A stretch of 64,000 bases of DNA, from contig JANSYM010000003.1 in the NCBI GenBank assembly GCA_024742355.1, forward strand, positions 75,351 through 139,350. Direction: 5' to 3'. A program made the translations under genes and the position numbers. Source of the DNA: Hyphomonadaceae bacterium. GTDB taxonomy: Bacteria; Pseudomonadota; Alphaproteobacteria; Caulobacterales; Hyphomonadaceae. Every line of letters starts with the position of its first letter. Positions within the stretch are counted from its first letter, which is position 1. Shown here piece by piece: positions 8,523 to 18,103 of the stretch. Below the pieces are notes generated by a model. The model had not been told where the DNA came from and did not search any database. It worked only from the letters and a program-made list of their open reading frames with translations.

Positions 8523-10709
8523 ATGACCTCTTTCTCCTCCCAGTTGCTCCGCACAGCGGCCCTGTCGCTGGTTCTGGCAACCCCTGTCGCCATGGCAGAC
8601 ACACCTGACGACGAAGCCTATGACGACGTCTATGTACAGGACGAAATCGTCGTGGTCGGACATTACCTCTATGCTGACCAGGTCAACGCGCTGAAGACGC
8701 CGACCCCGATCATCGACGTGCCGCAAAGCCTGAGCATTGTGACGGCTGACCAGATCCTCGAGCGCGGCTTTGACAGTGTCGCCGACATCATCTCCTACAC
8801 GCCCGGCGTCAATGCCACGCAAGGCGAGGGACACCGGGATGCGGTTGTGTTTCGCGGCGTTCGGTCGACCGCTGACTTCTTCGTCGATGGGGTACGCGAC
8901 GATGTTCAGTATTACCGCCCGCTCTACAATCTCGAACAGGTCGAGATCCTGCGCGGGCCGAACGCGCTGCTCTTTGGCCGCGGCGGCACGGGCGGCATCC
9001 TCAATCGCGTGACCAAGAAGGGCGTCGTTGGCGAGACCTTCAATCAGTACCAGGCGAGCCTCGACACTTTTGGCGGGTTCGCGGCGCAGATCGACAGCAA
9101 TTTTGCGACAAACGACACCTCCGCGTTCCGCATCAACGCCTATTATGAGAGCCTGGAAGGGCACCGCGACTTCTACGAAGGCGACAATTACGGCATCAAC
9201 CCGACCGCGCGTTTCGAGCTTGGCCCGGACACGACGCTGGACCTGTCCTATGAGTATCTCAATCATGAGCGTTTCATCGATCGCGGGATTCCAACCGGTG
9301 CGGATGGCCGCCCGGTCGAGGCGTTTGATGAGATTGTGTTCGGCGATCCTGAGCTGAACACAGCCGAATTCGAAGCCAATATCCTGCGCGCGAACCTGTC
9401 GCACGCCTTTTCCGATGCATTGAAGGGCAATGTCGTCGTCGCGTATGGCGATTATGACAAGCTGTATCAGAACTTTTACGCGTCGGATTATGTTCCGGAG
9501 ACTCGACCAAACTATGTTACATTGGATGGTTACGTTGACACCACGCAGCGCCAACGCCTGACGCTCGCGGGAAACCTTGTCGGCGAGTTTGAAACCGGAC
9601 AGATTGGTCACACACTGATTGTTGGTGCCGAGTACCTGGATACCAGCAACGATAATGACCGTTTTAACGCACGCTGGGATACCACGGATGACGATAACGA
9701 GATTTTTCTCATCGGCCGGCCGCTCGATCTAAGCGGAGGCGCGGGTACTGGGTTCGGTACTGTGCTGGCTGAAGGATCGGAAGTCCTGAACGGCCCTGCA
9801 GTCGCCACGCGGAACGATTTCTTCGCAGCCGGCTCGCTGAACGACCGCACCGAGAGTGAGATCGAGGTAATGTCGATCTTTGTGCAGGACCAGATCGAGA
9901 TCAATCCGTATTTCGACATCGTTCTCGGCGCCCGCTTTGACAGTTTTGACCAGAGCACGGTCAATCTGTTCGATCCGGCCAACCCGACGACAGCGTCGCG
10001 CACCGACGAGATGGTCTCGCCGCGCCTCGGCGCGATTTACAAGCCAATGGAAAATGTCTCCATTTATGCCAGCTATAGCGAGGCCTTCCTGCCGCGCTCG
10101 GGCGAGCAGTTTGCCAGCACAGGCAGCCTCGATCCGGATGAGTTCGAGCAGGCCGAAATCGGCGTCAAATGGGACTTTACGCAGGGCATGAGCTTCACCG
10201 CCGCCTATTTCCAGAATGATCAGACCCGAGCCGATCGCGACGATCAGACGGGTGAAGGCTTCGAAGAGCGCGGTCTCGAAGTTGAAGGCTTCGAATTGCA
10301 GCTGCAAGGCCAGCTGACCGAGCAGTTCTATCTGACCGCCGGCTACAGCTATCTTGAAGGCGAAACCGACAATGGTGCAGAGCTGCCACGCGAACTGCCT
10401 GAAAACACGTTCTCGGTCTGGGGCAATTACCAGGTCACGGATCGTTTCGGCCTGGGATTTGGCGCCACCTATCAGGACGAATCGTTCATTACCGACTTTG
10501 ATATTGGTTCCACCGGGCCGCATCCGACGCTGCCGAGCTATACGCGGTTTGACGCAGCGGCTTATTACGAGCTCAGCGACGATGTTCGGGTTCAGCTCAA
10601 CATCGAGAACCTGACGGATGAGACCTATTTCCCAAGCGCGCACAGCACGCATCAGGTCACCGTCGGCGCACCGCTCAGTGCCCGGATCGCGATTAGCGGA
10701 CGCTTCTAG
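8523..10709 (+). CDS. TonB-dependent receptor, siderophore (Fiu-like) class
   Basis: Signal peptide, TonB box DEIVVVG, EQVEILRGPNALLFGRGGTGGILNRVTK, NLTDETY and terminal Phe. Confidence 0.93.
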   Translation: MTSFSSQLLRTAALSLVLATPVAMADTPDDEAYDDVYVQDEIVVVGHYLYADQVNALKTPTPIIDVPQSLSIVTADQILERGFDSVADIISYTPGVNATQGEGHRDAVVFRGVRSTADFFVDGVRDDVQYYRPLYNLEQVEILRGPNALLFGRGGTGGILNRVTKKGVVGETFNQYQASLDTFGGFAAQIDSNFATNDTSAFRINAYYESLEGHRDFYEGDNYGINPTARFELGPDTTLDLSYEYLNHERFIDRGIPTGADGRPVEAFDEIVFGDPELNTAEFEANILRANLSHAFSDALKGNVVVAYGDYDKLYQNFYASDYVPETRPNYVTLDGYVDTTQRQRLTLAGNLVGEFETGQIGHTLIVGAEYLDTSNDNDRFNARWDTTDDDNEIFLIGRPLDLSGGAGTGFGTVLAEGSEVLNGPAVATRNDFFAAGSLNDRTESEIEVMSIFVQDQIEINPYFDIVLGARFDSFDQSTVNLFDPANPTTASRTDEMVSPRLGAIYKPMENVSIYASYSEAFLPRSGEQFASTGSLDPDEFEQAEIGVKWDFTQGMSFTAAYFQNDQTRADRDDQTGEGFEERGLEVEGFELQLQGQLTEQFYLTAGYSYLEGETDNGAELPRELPENTFSVWGNYQVTDRFGLGFGATYQDESFITDFDIGSTGPHPTLPSYTRFDAAAYYELSDDVRVQLNIENLTDETYFPSAHSTHQVTVGAPLSARIAISGRF

Positions 10710-10717
10710 AGATTTCG

Positions 10718-10746
10718 AAAAGCCGCCTTCGGGTGGCTTTTCTTTT
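10718..10746 (+). terminator. Rho-independent terminator
   Basis: AAAAGCCGCC-TTCG-GGTGGCTTTT followed by a T tract. Confidence 0.85.
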
Positions 10747-10793
10747 CTGTTCAGACCTGTTCATCGCGGCCCGGCTGCCCCATATGGCGGCCT

Positions 10794-12635
10794 ATGACTG
10801 CGCACGCTGAAACGACTGATCACGACAAGATCGAAAGCGCTGATGGCGGCATTGGCGTTTCCATTGGACGAATTTTGAAACTTCTGGCCCGGCCGGAGCT
10901 GAGCAAATGGCGACCGATCATGGTGCTCGCCATAGTGCTGACCCTGGCCTCTGCCGTGCTGGAAGTGATTGCCCCGATCCTGGTCGGCATCGGCGTCAAC
11001 AAGCTGGTTGCGAATGATGCCGGTATTGTCGCTGGCTTCGGGCCTGCAGCGATATGGATTGGCGCCGCTCTGACCATCCAGTTTGCTGCCCGGGCGATGC
11101 CGCAGCTGAGGGATTGGTTATTCTCCCCGGTGAGCCAGGATGCGCAGCGCATTGCCTGCGTTGATGCATTTGGGCATGCGCAAAGCCTGTCGCTCGGCTT
11201 CCACCAGACCCGGCGCACCGGCGCCCTTAACCGTGTGATTGAGCGCGGGGCCGGTGCAATCGATTATCTGATCCGCTTCCTCGCCTTCAATATCGGGCCG
11301 ACTTTTGTACGCCTGATTCTGGCCGCGATCGCGCTGGCTGTTGCGTATGATCCGTGGCTTGGCCTGATCGCGATTGTCACCGTCGTTATTTATGCCATCG
11401 CGACCATTCTGATAACCGAGTGGCGCGTCCGCCAGCGGCGCCGAATGAATGTTGCCGATACGCGTTTCCGCGGCATCGCCGTCGACATTCTGACCAATTT
11501 CGAGACGGTTAAATCCTTTGCCGCCGAGCGTCGCGAAACCGGGCGTTTCGATGATGCGATGAAGAATTACAATCACCATTATGTCGAGACCGTCCGCAGC
11601 ATGTATGTGCTGAACGCGACGCAGGCCTTCGTGATGATGTTCGGCATGGGCGTGGCTTTGGTGCTGTCGGCCTGGAACGTCACTCAGAGCCGGATGGAGA
11701 TTGGCGGCGTCATGGCCGTGCAGATGCTGTTCGTGTCGCTCTATGCGCCGCTCAACATTCTCGGCTGGGCCTGGCGCGAGATCAAACAGGGCGCGGTTGA
11801 CCTGGAGAAACTTTACGGCCTGCTCGAAATGAAACCAGAAGTCGCCGATAAGGACGGCGCCGAGGCGCTGGCCAAAGTGCATGGCGATGTCGTCTTCGAC
11901 GAGGTCAGCTTCACCCATGATGCGCGCGCGGTCGGCGTGCAGGATGTCAGCTTCAATCTGCCCGCAGGCAAGAAGATCGCATTTGTCGGCACTTCAGGGG
12001 CCGGCAAGTCGACCCTGCTGAAACTGTTGTTCCGCTTCTATGATGTGCTCGGTGGGCGGGTGCTGATTGATGGCAAGGATGTCCGCGATGTGACCCAGGA
12101 AAGCCTGCGCCAGTCGCTCGGCCTGGTGCCGCAGGACGTGGTCCTGTTCAATGAGACGATCCGATCGAATATCAGTTACGCCAAACCCGATGCCAGTCTG
12201 GATGAGCTCCGCGATGCGGCCCGGCGCGCGCAACTGCTCGACTTTATCGAAGCCTTGCCAGAGGGCTGGGACACGCGCGTCGGCGAACGCGGGCTCAAAC
12301 TCTCAGGCGGTGAGAAACAGCGCGTCGGCATTGCCCGCGTCATTCTTGCGGACCCCGCCATCCTTGTTCTGGACGAAGCCACTTCGGCGCTGGACAGCGC
12401 CACCGAAGCGGCGGTTCAGGACGCGCTCGACGAAGCCTCGAAAGGCCGCACGACGCTGATGGTCGCGCACCGCCTGTCGACTGTGCAGAACGCTGATGAG
12501 ATTGTCGTCCTGAAAGCCGGGCAGGTGATCGAACGCGGAACGCACGAGGCACTCTTGGCATCTGATGGCGAATATGCCGATATGTGGGCGCGACAAGCCA
12601 AGCGCGACGCCCTCACTGTCGCGGCGGCCGAATAG
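10794..12635 (+). CDS. Atm1/ABCB-type ABC transporter (fused TMD-NBD)
   Basis: FHQTRRTGAL, GTSGAGKST, LSGGEKQRV, LVLDEATSALD and AHRLST motifs. Confidence 0.92.
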   Translation: MTAHAETTDHDKIESADGGIGVSIGRILKLLARPELSKWRPIMVLAIVLTLASAVLEVIAPILVGIGVNKLVANDAGIVAGFGPAAIWIGAALTIQFAARAMPQLRDWLFSPVSQDAQRIACVDAFGHAQSLSLGFHQTRRTGALNRVIERGAGAIDYLIRFLAFNIGPTFVRLILAAIALAVAYDPWLGLIAIVTVVIYAIATILITEWRVRQRRRMNVADTRFRGIAVDILTNFETVKSFAAERRETGRFDDAMKNYNHHYVETVRSMYVLNATQAFVMMFGMGVALVLSAWNVTQSRMEIGGVMAVQMLFVSLYAPLNILGWAWREIKQGAVDLEKLYGLLEMKPEVADKDGAEALAKVHGDVVFDEVSFTHDARAVGVQDVSFNLPAGKKIAFVGTSGAGKSTLLKLLFRFYDVLGGRVLIDGKDVRDVTQESLRQSLGLVPQDVVLFNETIRSNISYAKPDASLDELRDAARRAQLLDFIEALPEGWDTRVGERGLKLSGGEKQRVGIARVILADPAILVLDEATSALDSATEAAVQDALDEASKGRTTLMVAHRLSTVQNADEIVVLKAGQVIERGTHEALLASDGEYADMWARQAKRDALTVAAAE

Positions 12636-12649
12636 GAGGCGCAACGCCA

Positions 12650-13567
12650 ATGTCAGACGAAGACTTCAGCCGCAAGAGCTTTCCCTGGCTGCGCGCCGGG
12701 TTTGACCTTGAAGGATATGTTGGCGCGCTGGCGGCCTGGCTCGTCGGGATCCTGCTGGGGATTGTCTGGGGGCCGCTGTTCTGGATCGGGTTCGTCGCGG
12801 CGATCATCATCCTGTTTGCGACCCGTTCAGCTGAACGCACCTCGCCGGACGCTGAAGACCTGATCACAGCCCCGGTCGACGGCATTGTCGTCTCGGTCGG
12901 CGGCGCCATGCCACCGGACGAACTGCGCCTTGGCGGCTCTGGCTGGACGCGTCTGCGCGTCTCGGTTGGACCGACCAAGACCAATGGCGTGCATGCGCCG
13001 ATGGACGGCGCCATCGATCATGTCATTCTCGAAACCGGCGACCCGGCTGCGTTTGCCGCGATGAAGCCGGACCGTCCGGGCCTCGCCATTGCCTTCGTGT
13101 CGCTGGAAAGCGGCAGCCGGTCGGTCGGCATGCGCCTGGCCACAGGCGGGCTTGGACCACGGCTCGAGATCGCTCATGAAGCCGGCGATGCGGTGCGCCT
13201 GGGGCGCAATATTGGCACCATGCGCCTTGGTGGCTGGTGTGACCTCTATGTGCCGTCAGATGTCGATGTTTTGCCGCGCCCGGGCCAGACCCTGATCTGC
13301 GCAGAGACCGTGATCGGGCGATTCGGCAGCGCCACAGCTGACCTGTTCGATCGTGAAGACGAAGTTGAAACACCGGCCCCCGTCGACGAGGACCCGGCCG
13401 AGGATGAACCGATCGAGGCTGAGCTTGTCATTGATGAAGAAGACGAGCTGACCCTGGAAGAACTGGCCGGCGAAGACACTACGTCTGAAGACGATGAAGA
13501 AGAAGACGTCTCGGAAATGTTTGCTCGCTTGCGCAAGGAAGCCAAGAAAATTCAGGATGATGAATAG
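12650..13567 (+). CDS. Phosphatidylserine decarboxylase homolog lacking catalytic Ser/His, with acidic tail
   Basis: Aligns by eye with alphaproteobacterial Psd (PLFWIG, P.DG.V, PP.EL.LG, APM.G, GQT..AETVI); the RFGS cleavage motif reads RLGG. Confidence 0.75.
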   Translation: MSDEDFSRKSFPWLRAGFDLEGYVGALAAWLVGILLGIVWGPLFWIGFVAAIIILFATRSAERTSPDAEDLITAPVDGIVVSVGGAMPPDELRLGGSGWTRLRVSVGPTKTNGVHAPMDGAIDHVILETGDPAAFAAMKPDRPGLAIAFVSLESGSRSVGMRLATGGLGPRLEIAHEAGDAVRLGRNIGTMRLGGWCDLYVPSDVDVLPRPGQTLICAETVIGRFGSATADLFDREDEVETPAPVDEDPAEDEPIEAELVIDEEDELTLEELAGEDTTSEDDEEEDVSEMFARLRKEAKKIQDDE

Positions 13568-13591
13568 TTTGCGCCCGCTGCACGCTGTTCA

Positions 13592-13825
13592 TTGACCTTT
13601 AAGACAATCAGGTCCATGTGGCCCCCGTTGCAGCGCGAAAACACGCGCATGAGACCGGTCGCGTGAATCGCAGTTTGACCTCTGGTCAGCTTGAGCCCGT
13701 CTCTTCAGACACCAAAATTTCCAAACGCCCTCTTTCACGCAGGCCGTTCCCGATCACGCCCCGAACAGGGGATGAGCGTATGGGGCTGCCGTGCAGACCT
13801 GCGCTCGCACTAAGAAAGTTTTTGT
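13592..13825 (+). promoter_or_regulatory. Putative promoter and long structured 5' leader of the DEAD-box helicase gene
   Basis: TTGACC at 13592, about 200 nt non-coding before the GTG, and CGCAGG...CCTGCG pairing potential. Confidence 0.4.
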
Positions 13826-15154
13826 GTGACCACATTTACAGATATGGACCTCAACAAGCAGGTCCTGAAAGCCGTCACAGCCGAAGGTTACTCGACGCCC
13901 ACGCCCATCCAGGCGCAGGCCATCCCGCAATTGCTCGAAGGCCGCGACATGCTCGGCATCGCCCAGACAGGGACCGGCAAGACGGCCGCCTTTGCGCTGC
14001 CGACGCTGGACTTCCTACTCGAAGAGCCGGAACCCCGCAAACCGAAACACACGCGTGTGCTGGTGCTGGCGCCGACGCGCGAGCTGGCCGGGCAGATTGC
14101 CGACAGCTTCCGCACCTATTCGAAATACATGGATTGCGTCACCCACACGGTTTTTGGCGGTGTGAAGATCAATCGCCAGATCCGCGATATGCAAAAGGGC
14201 TGTCATGTCCTTGTCGCTACACCGGGCCGGCTGCTCGACCTGATGAGCCAGGACGCCGTGCGCCTGCGCGATGTTGAAGTGCTGATCCTCGATGAAGCTG
14301 ACCAGATGCTCGACATGGGCTTTATTCATGATCTGCGGAAGATCATCGCGGAAGTTCCTGAGGATCGCCAGACACTGCTCTTCTCGGCGACCATGCCGAA
14401 ACTGATCGAGGATCTGGCTGGTAAATATCTCGACGATCCCGTGCGCGTCTCGGTTGCGCCGGAAAGCACGACAGCAGAACGTGTGACCCAGGGCGTGCTG
14501 CACGTGCCGAACAATCACAAGCTGCCTGTGCTCGGCAAATTGCTCGAAGATCCGAGCATTGACCGCGCCCTGGTCTTTACCCGCACCAAGCACGGTGCCG
14601 ACAAAGTGGTGCGCAAACTGATGGCCAAGGGCCACAAGGCGCTCGCCATTCACGGCAACAAGTCGCAATCCCAGCGCCTGAAAGCGCTGAACGCGTTCAA
14701 AAACGGTGACTGCCGCATCCTGATCGCCACCGATATTGCCGCCCGCGGCATCGACATTGACGGCATCAGCCATGTCATCAATTTCGAGATGCCAAATGTC
14801 GCCGAGCAATATGTCCACCGCATCGGCCGCACCGCGCGCGCCGGGCGCGAAGGCGTATCGATCTCGCTGGTGGCGGAGGACGAGCTTTATTACCTCCGCG
14901 AGGTTGAAAAGATCACGCGAGTCGCAGTTGAGACCCTGCCAACGCCGGAAGGCTGCGAGGACTTTATCCTGCCGACGCCGGACCCATCTGTCCGCGTGCG
15001 CAAGCCGAAAGGCCCGTCGCGGCGTTCCGGTAAGTCGCCGCAGCACGGTTCACGGCGCAATCGCCCGGAAGGCGTGTCCAAGTCTAAGCAGCGCTCCCGC
15101 AAACGGCCTGGCAAAAATCAACGCCAGCGCGACCGCGCTAAGGTGATGAGCTAA
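13826..15154 (+). CDS. DEAD-box RNA helicase (RhlE-like)
   Basis: AQTGTGKT, PTRELA, ATPGRL, DEAD, SAT and HRIGRTAR motifs; basic C-terminal tail. Confidence 0.95.
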   Translation: MTTFTDMDLNKQVLKAVTAEGYSTPTPIQAQAIPQLLEGRDMLGIAQTGTGKTAAFALPTLDFLLEEPEPRKPKHTRVLVLAPTRELAGQIADSFRTYSKYMDCVTHTVFGGVKINRQIRDMQKGCHVLVATPGRLLDLMSQDAVRLRDVEVLILDEADQMLDMGFIHDLRKIIAEVPEDRQTLLFSATMPKLIEDLAGKYLDDPVRVSVAPESTTAERVTQGVLHVPNNHKLPVLGKLLEDPSIDRALVFTRTKHGADKVVRKLMAKGHKALAIHGNKSQSQRLKALNAFKNGDCRILIATDIAARGIDIDGISHVINFEMPNVAEQYVHRIGRTARAGREGVSISLVAEDELYYLREVEKITRVAVETLPTPEGCEDFILPTPDPSVRVRKPKGPSRRSGKSPQHGSRRNRPEGVSKSKQRSRKRPGKNQRQRDRAKVMS

Positions 15155-15163
15155 ATATCCGAC

Positions 15164-15253
15164 GATACCTGCGCAGGCAGGTATCCAAGGACGGTAAGGG
15201 CCTGCAGTCCTGATCGAACATTTTGTCCCTGGACCCCTGCCTACGCAGGGGTC
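15164..15253. repeat. REP-like bipartite palindrome
   Basis: ATACCTGC-GCAG-GCAGGTAT-CCA ... TGGACCCCTGC-CTAC-GCAGGGGTC between convergent genes. Confidence 0.75.
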
Positions 15254-15296
15254 TGCGGATGTTGGAACAATGCGTCCACCCAATTCGCGCCGATCG

Positions 15297-15506
15297 TTAC
15301 TCTTCCTCTGGCCCGGAATTCATCCAGGTGAAGACCGGTTTGAGGGGCAAGGCCCAGCCGATGCCAGCGACGACATAGAAGATCAGATTGGCCCATTTGG
15401 GCGCTGCGGCGAGGGAGGAGCCAAGCGTCGCGGCGCCCCAGATCCAGAAGACCAGGAACGCCATGATAATAATGCTGGCAACGAGACGGCGTTGTGATCG
15501 GGGCAT
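15297..15506 (-). CDS. DUF2842 small membrane protein
   Basis: Two TM helices; FYVVAGIGWALPLKPVFTWM. Confidence 0.8.
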   Translation of the reverse strand: MPRSQRRLVASIIIMAFLVFWIWGAATLGSSLAAAPKWANLIFYVVAGIGWALPLKPVFTWMNSGPEEE

Positions 15507-15581
15507 CAACTGCTTTTTCCTGCTTCCTGCGACCGTGTGGCCGCTTGCTGTTCGAGGTCAGAGCTTCAAATAGAGCGCATT

Positions 15582-16625
15582 ATGCCAGACGCAATCTCTC
15601 CTGTTGCCGCACGCTGGATTCGCCGCTGGCTGATCCTGATCGGATTGATGGTCTATGCCATGATCCTGATCGGCGGCGCCACCCGCCTCACTGATTCCGG
15701 CCTGTCCATCACCGAATGGGAGCCAATCAAGGGCGCGCTGCCGCCATTTGGCGAAGCGGCCTGGCTCGCAGAGTTCGAGAAGTACAAGCAGACGGCCGAG
15801 TTCCAGCAGCAGAACTACAATATGAGCTTGGCGGAGTTCCAGTACATCTATTGGTGGGAATGGGGACATCGCCTGTTCGGCCGCCTGATCGGCCTGGTCG
15901 CGATTGCCGGCTTTGTCTGGTTTGCGGCTAAACGCTGGATGTCGCGCCGCTGGCTTGTCCGCATAGCAGTGCTGATCGCGCTCGGCGGCCTGCAGGGCTT
16001 TATCGGCTGGTGGATGGTGGCGAGCGGGATTGGCGAGACCGATCGTCTCGATGTCGCGCCTTATCGCCTGATGACGCATTTTGGCCTGGCCTTGCTGATC
16101 ATTGGCATGACGGCCTGGTACTGGCTCGATCTCGGCGAGCGCGCGCGCGTGGGCGCAAGCCAGCGATTGCGTGTGGTGGCGCTGGCCATCCTCATCCTGA
16201 CCAGCATTCAGATGCTCAGCGGCGCGCTGGTTGCCGGTCTCGATGCCGGGCGCACTTATACGGACTGGCCGCTGATGGCGGGCGAACTGATCCCCGGGCA
16301 TTATGTCGACGAGCAGCTCGGCCTGCGCAGTCTGTTTGAAGGCCGCGCCGCGACGCAGTTCAATCACCGTTTCTTTGCCTACACGCTATGGGCCATGGCG
16401 ATTGTCGGCGCCGTTCTGGCGCGCGGGACGGCCGTCTCCAAGGCGTTCATGCTGGTCGCTGGCCTCATCAGTGCGCAAGCCGTCTGGGGCATCATCACGC
16501 TGGTCAATGCCGCGCCGCTGCCCGTGGCGCTGGTTCATCAGGGGCTGGGCGTGGTGGTCCTGCTCAGCGCGGTCTGGCTGGTCTGGATCACTCGGACGGA
16601 GAATATCCGAACGGCTCTGCAGTAA
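15582..16625 (+). CDS. ctaA: Heme A synthase (COX15/CtaA)
   Basis: GGATRLTDSGLSITEW, WEWGHR, QGFIGWWMVASG, HFG, QFNHR and LVHQ motifs. Confidence 0.93.
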   Translation: MPDAISPVAARWIRRWLILIGLMVYAMILIGGATRLTDSGLSITEWEPIKGALPPFGEAAWLAEFEKYKQTAEFQQQNYNMSLAEFQYIYWWEWGHRLFGRLIGLVAIAGFVWFAAKRWMSRRWLVRIAVLIALGGLQGFIGWWMVASGIGETDRLDVAPYRLMTHFGLALLIIGMTAWYWLDLGERARVGASQRLRVVALAILILTSIQMLSGALVAGLDAGRTYTDWPLMAGELIPGHYVDEQLGLRSLFEGRAATQFNHRFFAYTLWAMAIVGAVLARGTAVSKAFMLVAGLISAQAVWGIITLVNAAPLPVALVHQGLGVVVLLSAVWLVWITRTENIRTALQ

Positions 16626-17598
16626 CCTTGCTTGGGTCCACGAAAGTCACCGTGTGGGCGCCGCGAATATCCTCGCCGCCAATCACCATCACACCGCCCG
16701 GATAACCGCCGCCGCGGGCATCCCCGGTTGCCGCCATATCGACCGGCCGCGTCGGCGGGCGCACGCTGATCCCGTCATGGACGGTAAAGGTTTCGACATC
16801 GCCTGCTTCGGTTGAGAGTGAATAGCCACCCAGATCATCGAGCAGGAAGCGATACGTATTGTTGCGATGCTTGATCTCGGCTGCGGCGAGGACCGGCTCG
16901 GTGAACACCACCGCGTCGCCTTCCGACAGCAGGCAGGCGGAGATATCGCGCGCTGCCGCGATCGGTTCATTGAGCAACAGGATGAGGTCCGCCCCCGCCT
17001 CGACGATGCGGCCGGTATGCAGCTGGCGGCGTTCTTCCTGGGTCCAGAAGCCAATCCGCATGACGCCATCACTGTCGACCACCGGCCCGGCGCTGCACAG
17101 GCCTTCGATCAGCCCGTCGACTCCGGCATCAAGCGGCAAGGGCAGGGGCGCGTCGAGTTCGCCGCCATGGATATAGAGCGATAGATCACCGCTGCTGGTA
17201 ATGCCTGGAAAGATGGTCACCGGTGTGCCTTGCAGCAGCATGTAGCGGCCATCAGCGACCTGCGAGACGGCCATATCGGCCTTGTCGGTCACCCGCTCGC
17301 CTTCAAAATCCAGGAATTGCAGGCCGCCATCCTCGAATGTCACCGCAACCGTAGAGCCAATTGCGCCCGCCAGAGCAACGCTGGCAATCGGTGATTCCAG
17401 ATCCTTTGTCTGCCAGACTGCAGGCAGTTCCAGGCCCTCTGGCTGGGCCGACTCGACAGAGTCCACGGGCGAGTCAGCGACATCGCTCGCAACCGGCTCT
17501 CCGCCGGGGTTACAGGCGGCTGCAAGGAAAAGCAGACTCAGCGTGAAAGGCGCGTTGACAAGGCGTTTCGCGGCGCGTAGATGCGGGCGCTTGAACAT
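16588..17598 (-). CDS. Lipoprotein, possibly a degenerate beta-propeller phytase homolog
   Basis: Lipobox AAAC; [14 protein letters not shown] and DGIS...GYPGGVMVI resemble phytase blades. Confidence 0.5.
   Translation of the reverse strand: MFKRPHLRAAKRLVNAPFTLSLLFLAAACNPGGEPVASDVADSPVDSVESAQPEGLELPAVWQTKDLESPIASVALAGAIGSTVAVTFEDGGLQFLDFEGERVTDKADMAVSQVADGRYMLLQGTPVTIFPGITSSGDLSLYIHGGELDAPLPLPLDAGVDGLIEGLCSAGPVVDSDGVMRIGFWTQEERRQLHTGRIVEAGADLILLLNEPIAAARDISACLLSEGDAVVFTEPVLAAAEIKHRNNTYRFLLDDLGGYSLSTEAGDVETFTVHDGISVRPPTRPVDMAATGDARGGGYPGGVMVIGGEDIRGAHTVTFVDPSKVTAEPFGYSPSE
17555..17583 (+). promoter_or_regulatory. Putative sigma70 promoter of rplM-rpsI
   Basis: TTGACA-N17-TAGATG, about 55 nt upstream of the rplM start. 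Confidence 0.55.
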
Positions 17599-17636
17599 TA
17601 TCCAGTAACTCCGAATTGAGAGGCTCCGGCGGAGCA

Positions 17637-18101
17637 ATGAAAACTTATAACGCACCTGCCGACGTTGAGAACAAATGGATCGTCATCGACGCGACCGATG
17701 TCGTTGTGGGTCGTCTTGCTTCCTACGTCGCCAAACGTCTGCGTGGCAAGCACCGCGCTGACTTCACGCCGCACATCGATACCGGCGACCATGTCGTTGT
17801 GATCAATGCTGAAAAAGCGAAGTTCACCGGCAACAAGCTGGCAGACAAAGTCTATTACCGTCACACGGGTCACCCGGGCGGTATTAAAGAGACCACAGCT
17901 GGCAAAATCATGTCTGGTCGTTTCCCAGAGCGCGCCATTGAAATGGCCGTTAAGCGCATGATGCCGAAAGAAAGCACGCTGGCACGCAAGCAGTTCTCGA
18001 AACTGCGCGTCTATGCCGGCACAGAGCATCCGCACGAGGCGCAAGGCCCTGAAGCGGTCGACTTTGCTGCGATGAACACCAAGAACACGAAGGTCGCCTA
18101 A
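17637..18101 (+). CDS. rplM: 50S ribosomal protein L13
   Basis: WIVIDA...GRLAS...[14 protein letters not shown] and [10 protein letters not shown]. Confidence 0.98.
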   Translation: MKTYNAPADVENKWIVIDATDVVVGRLASYVAKRLRGKHRADFTPHIDTGDHVVVINAEKAKFTGNKLADKVYYRHTGHPGGIKETTAGKIMSGRFPERAIEMAVKRMMPKESTLARKQFSKLRVYAGTEHPHEAQGPEAVDFAAMNTKNTKVA

Positions 18102-18103
18102 AG

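Noticed and set aside
12650-13567. psd as a decayed pseudogene
   Set aside because: The frame is intact with a good RBS and host-like codon usage, and the losses hit catalytic residues specifically. It is reported as a pseudoenzyme instead.
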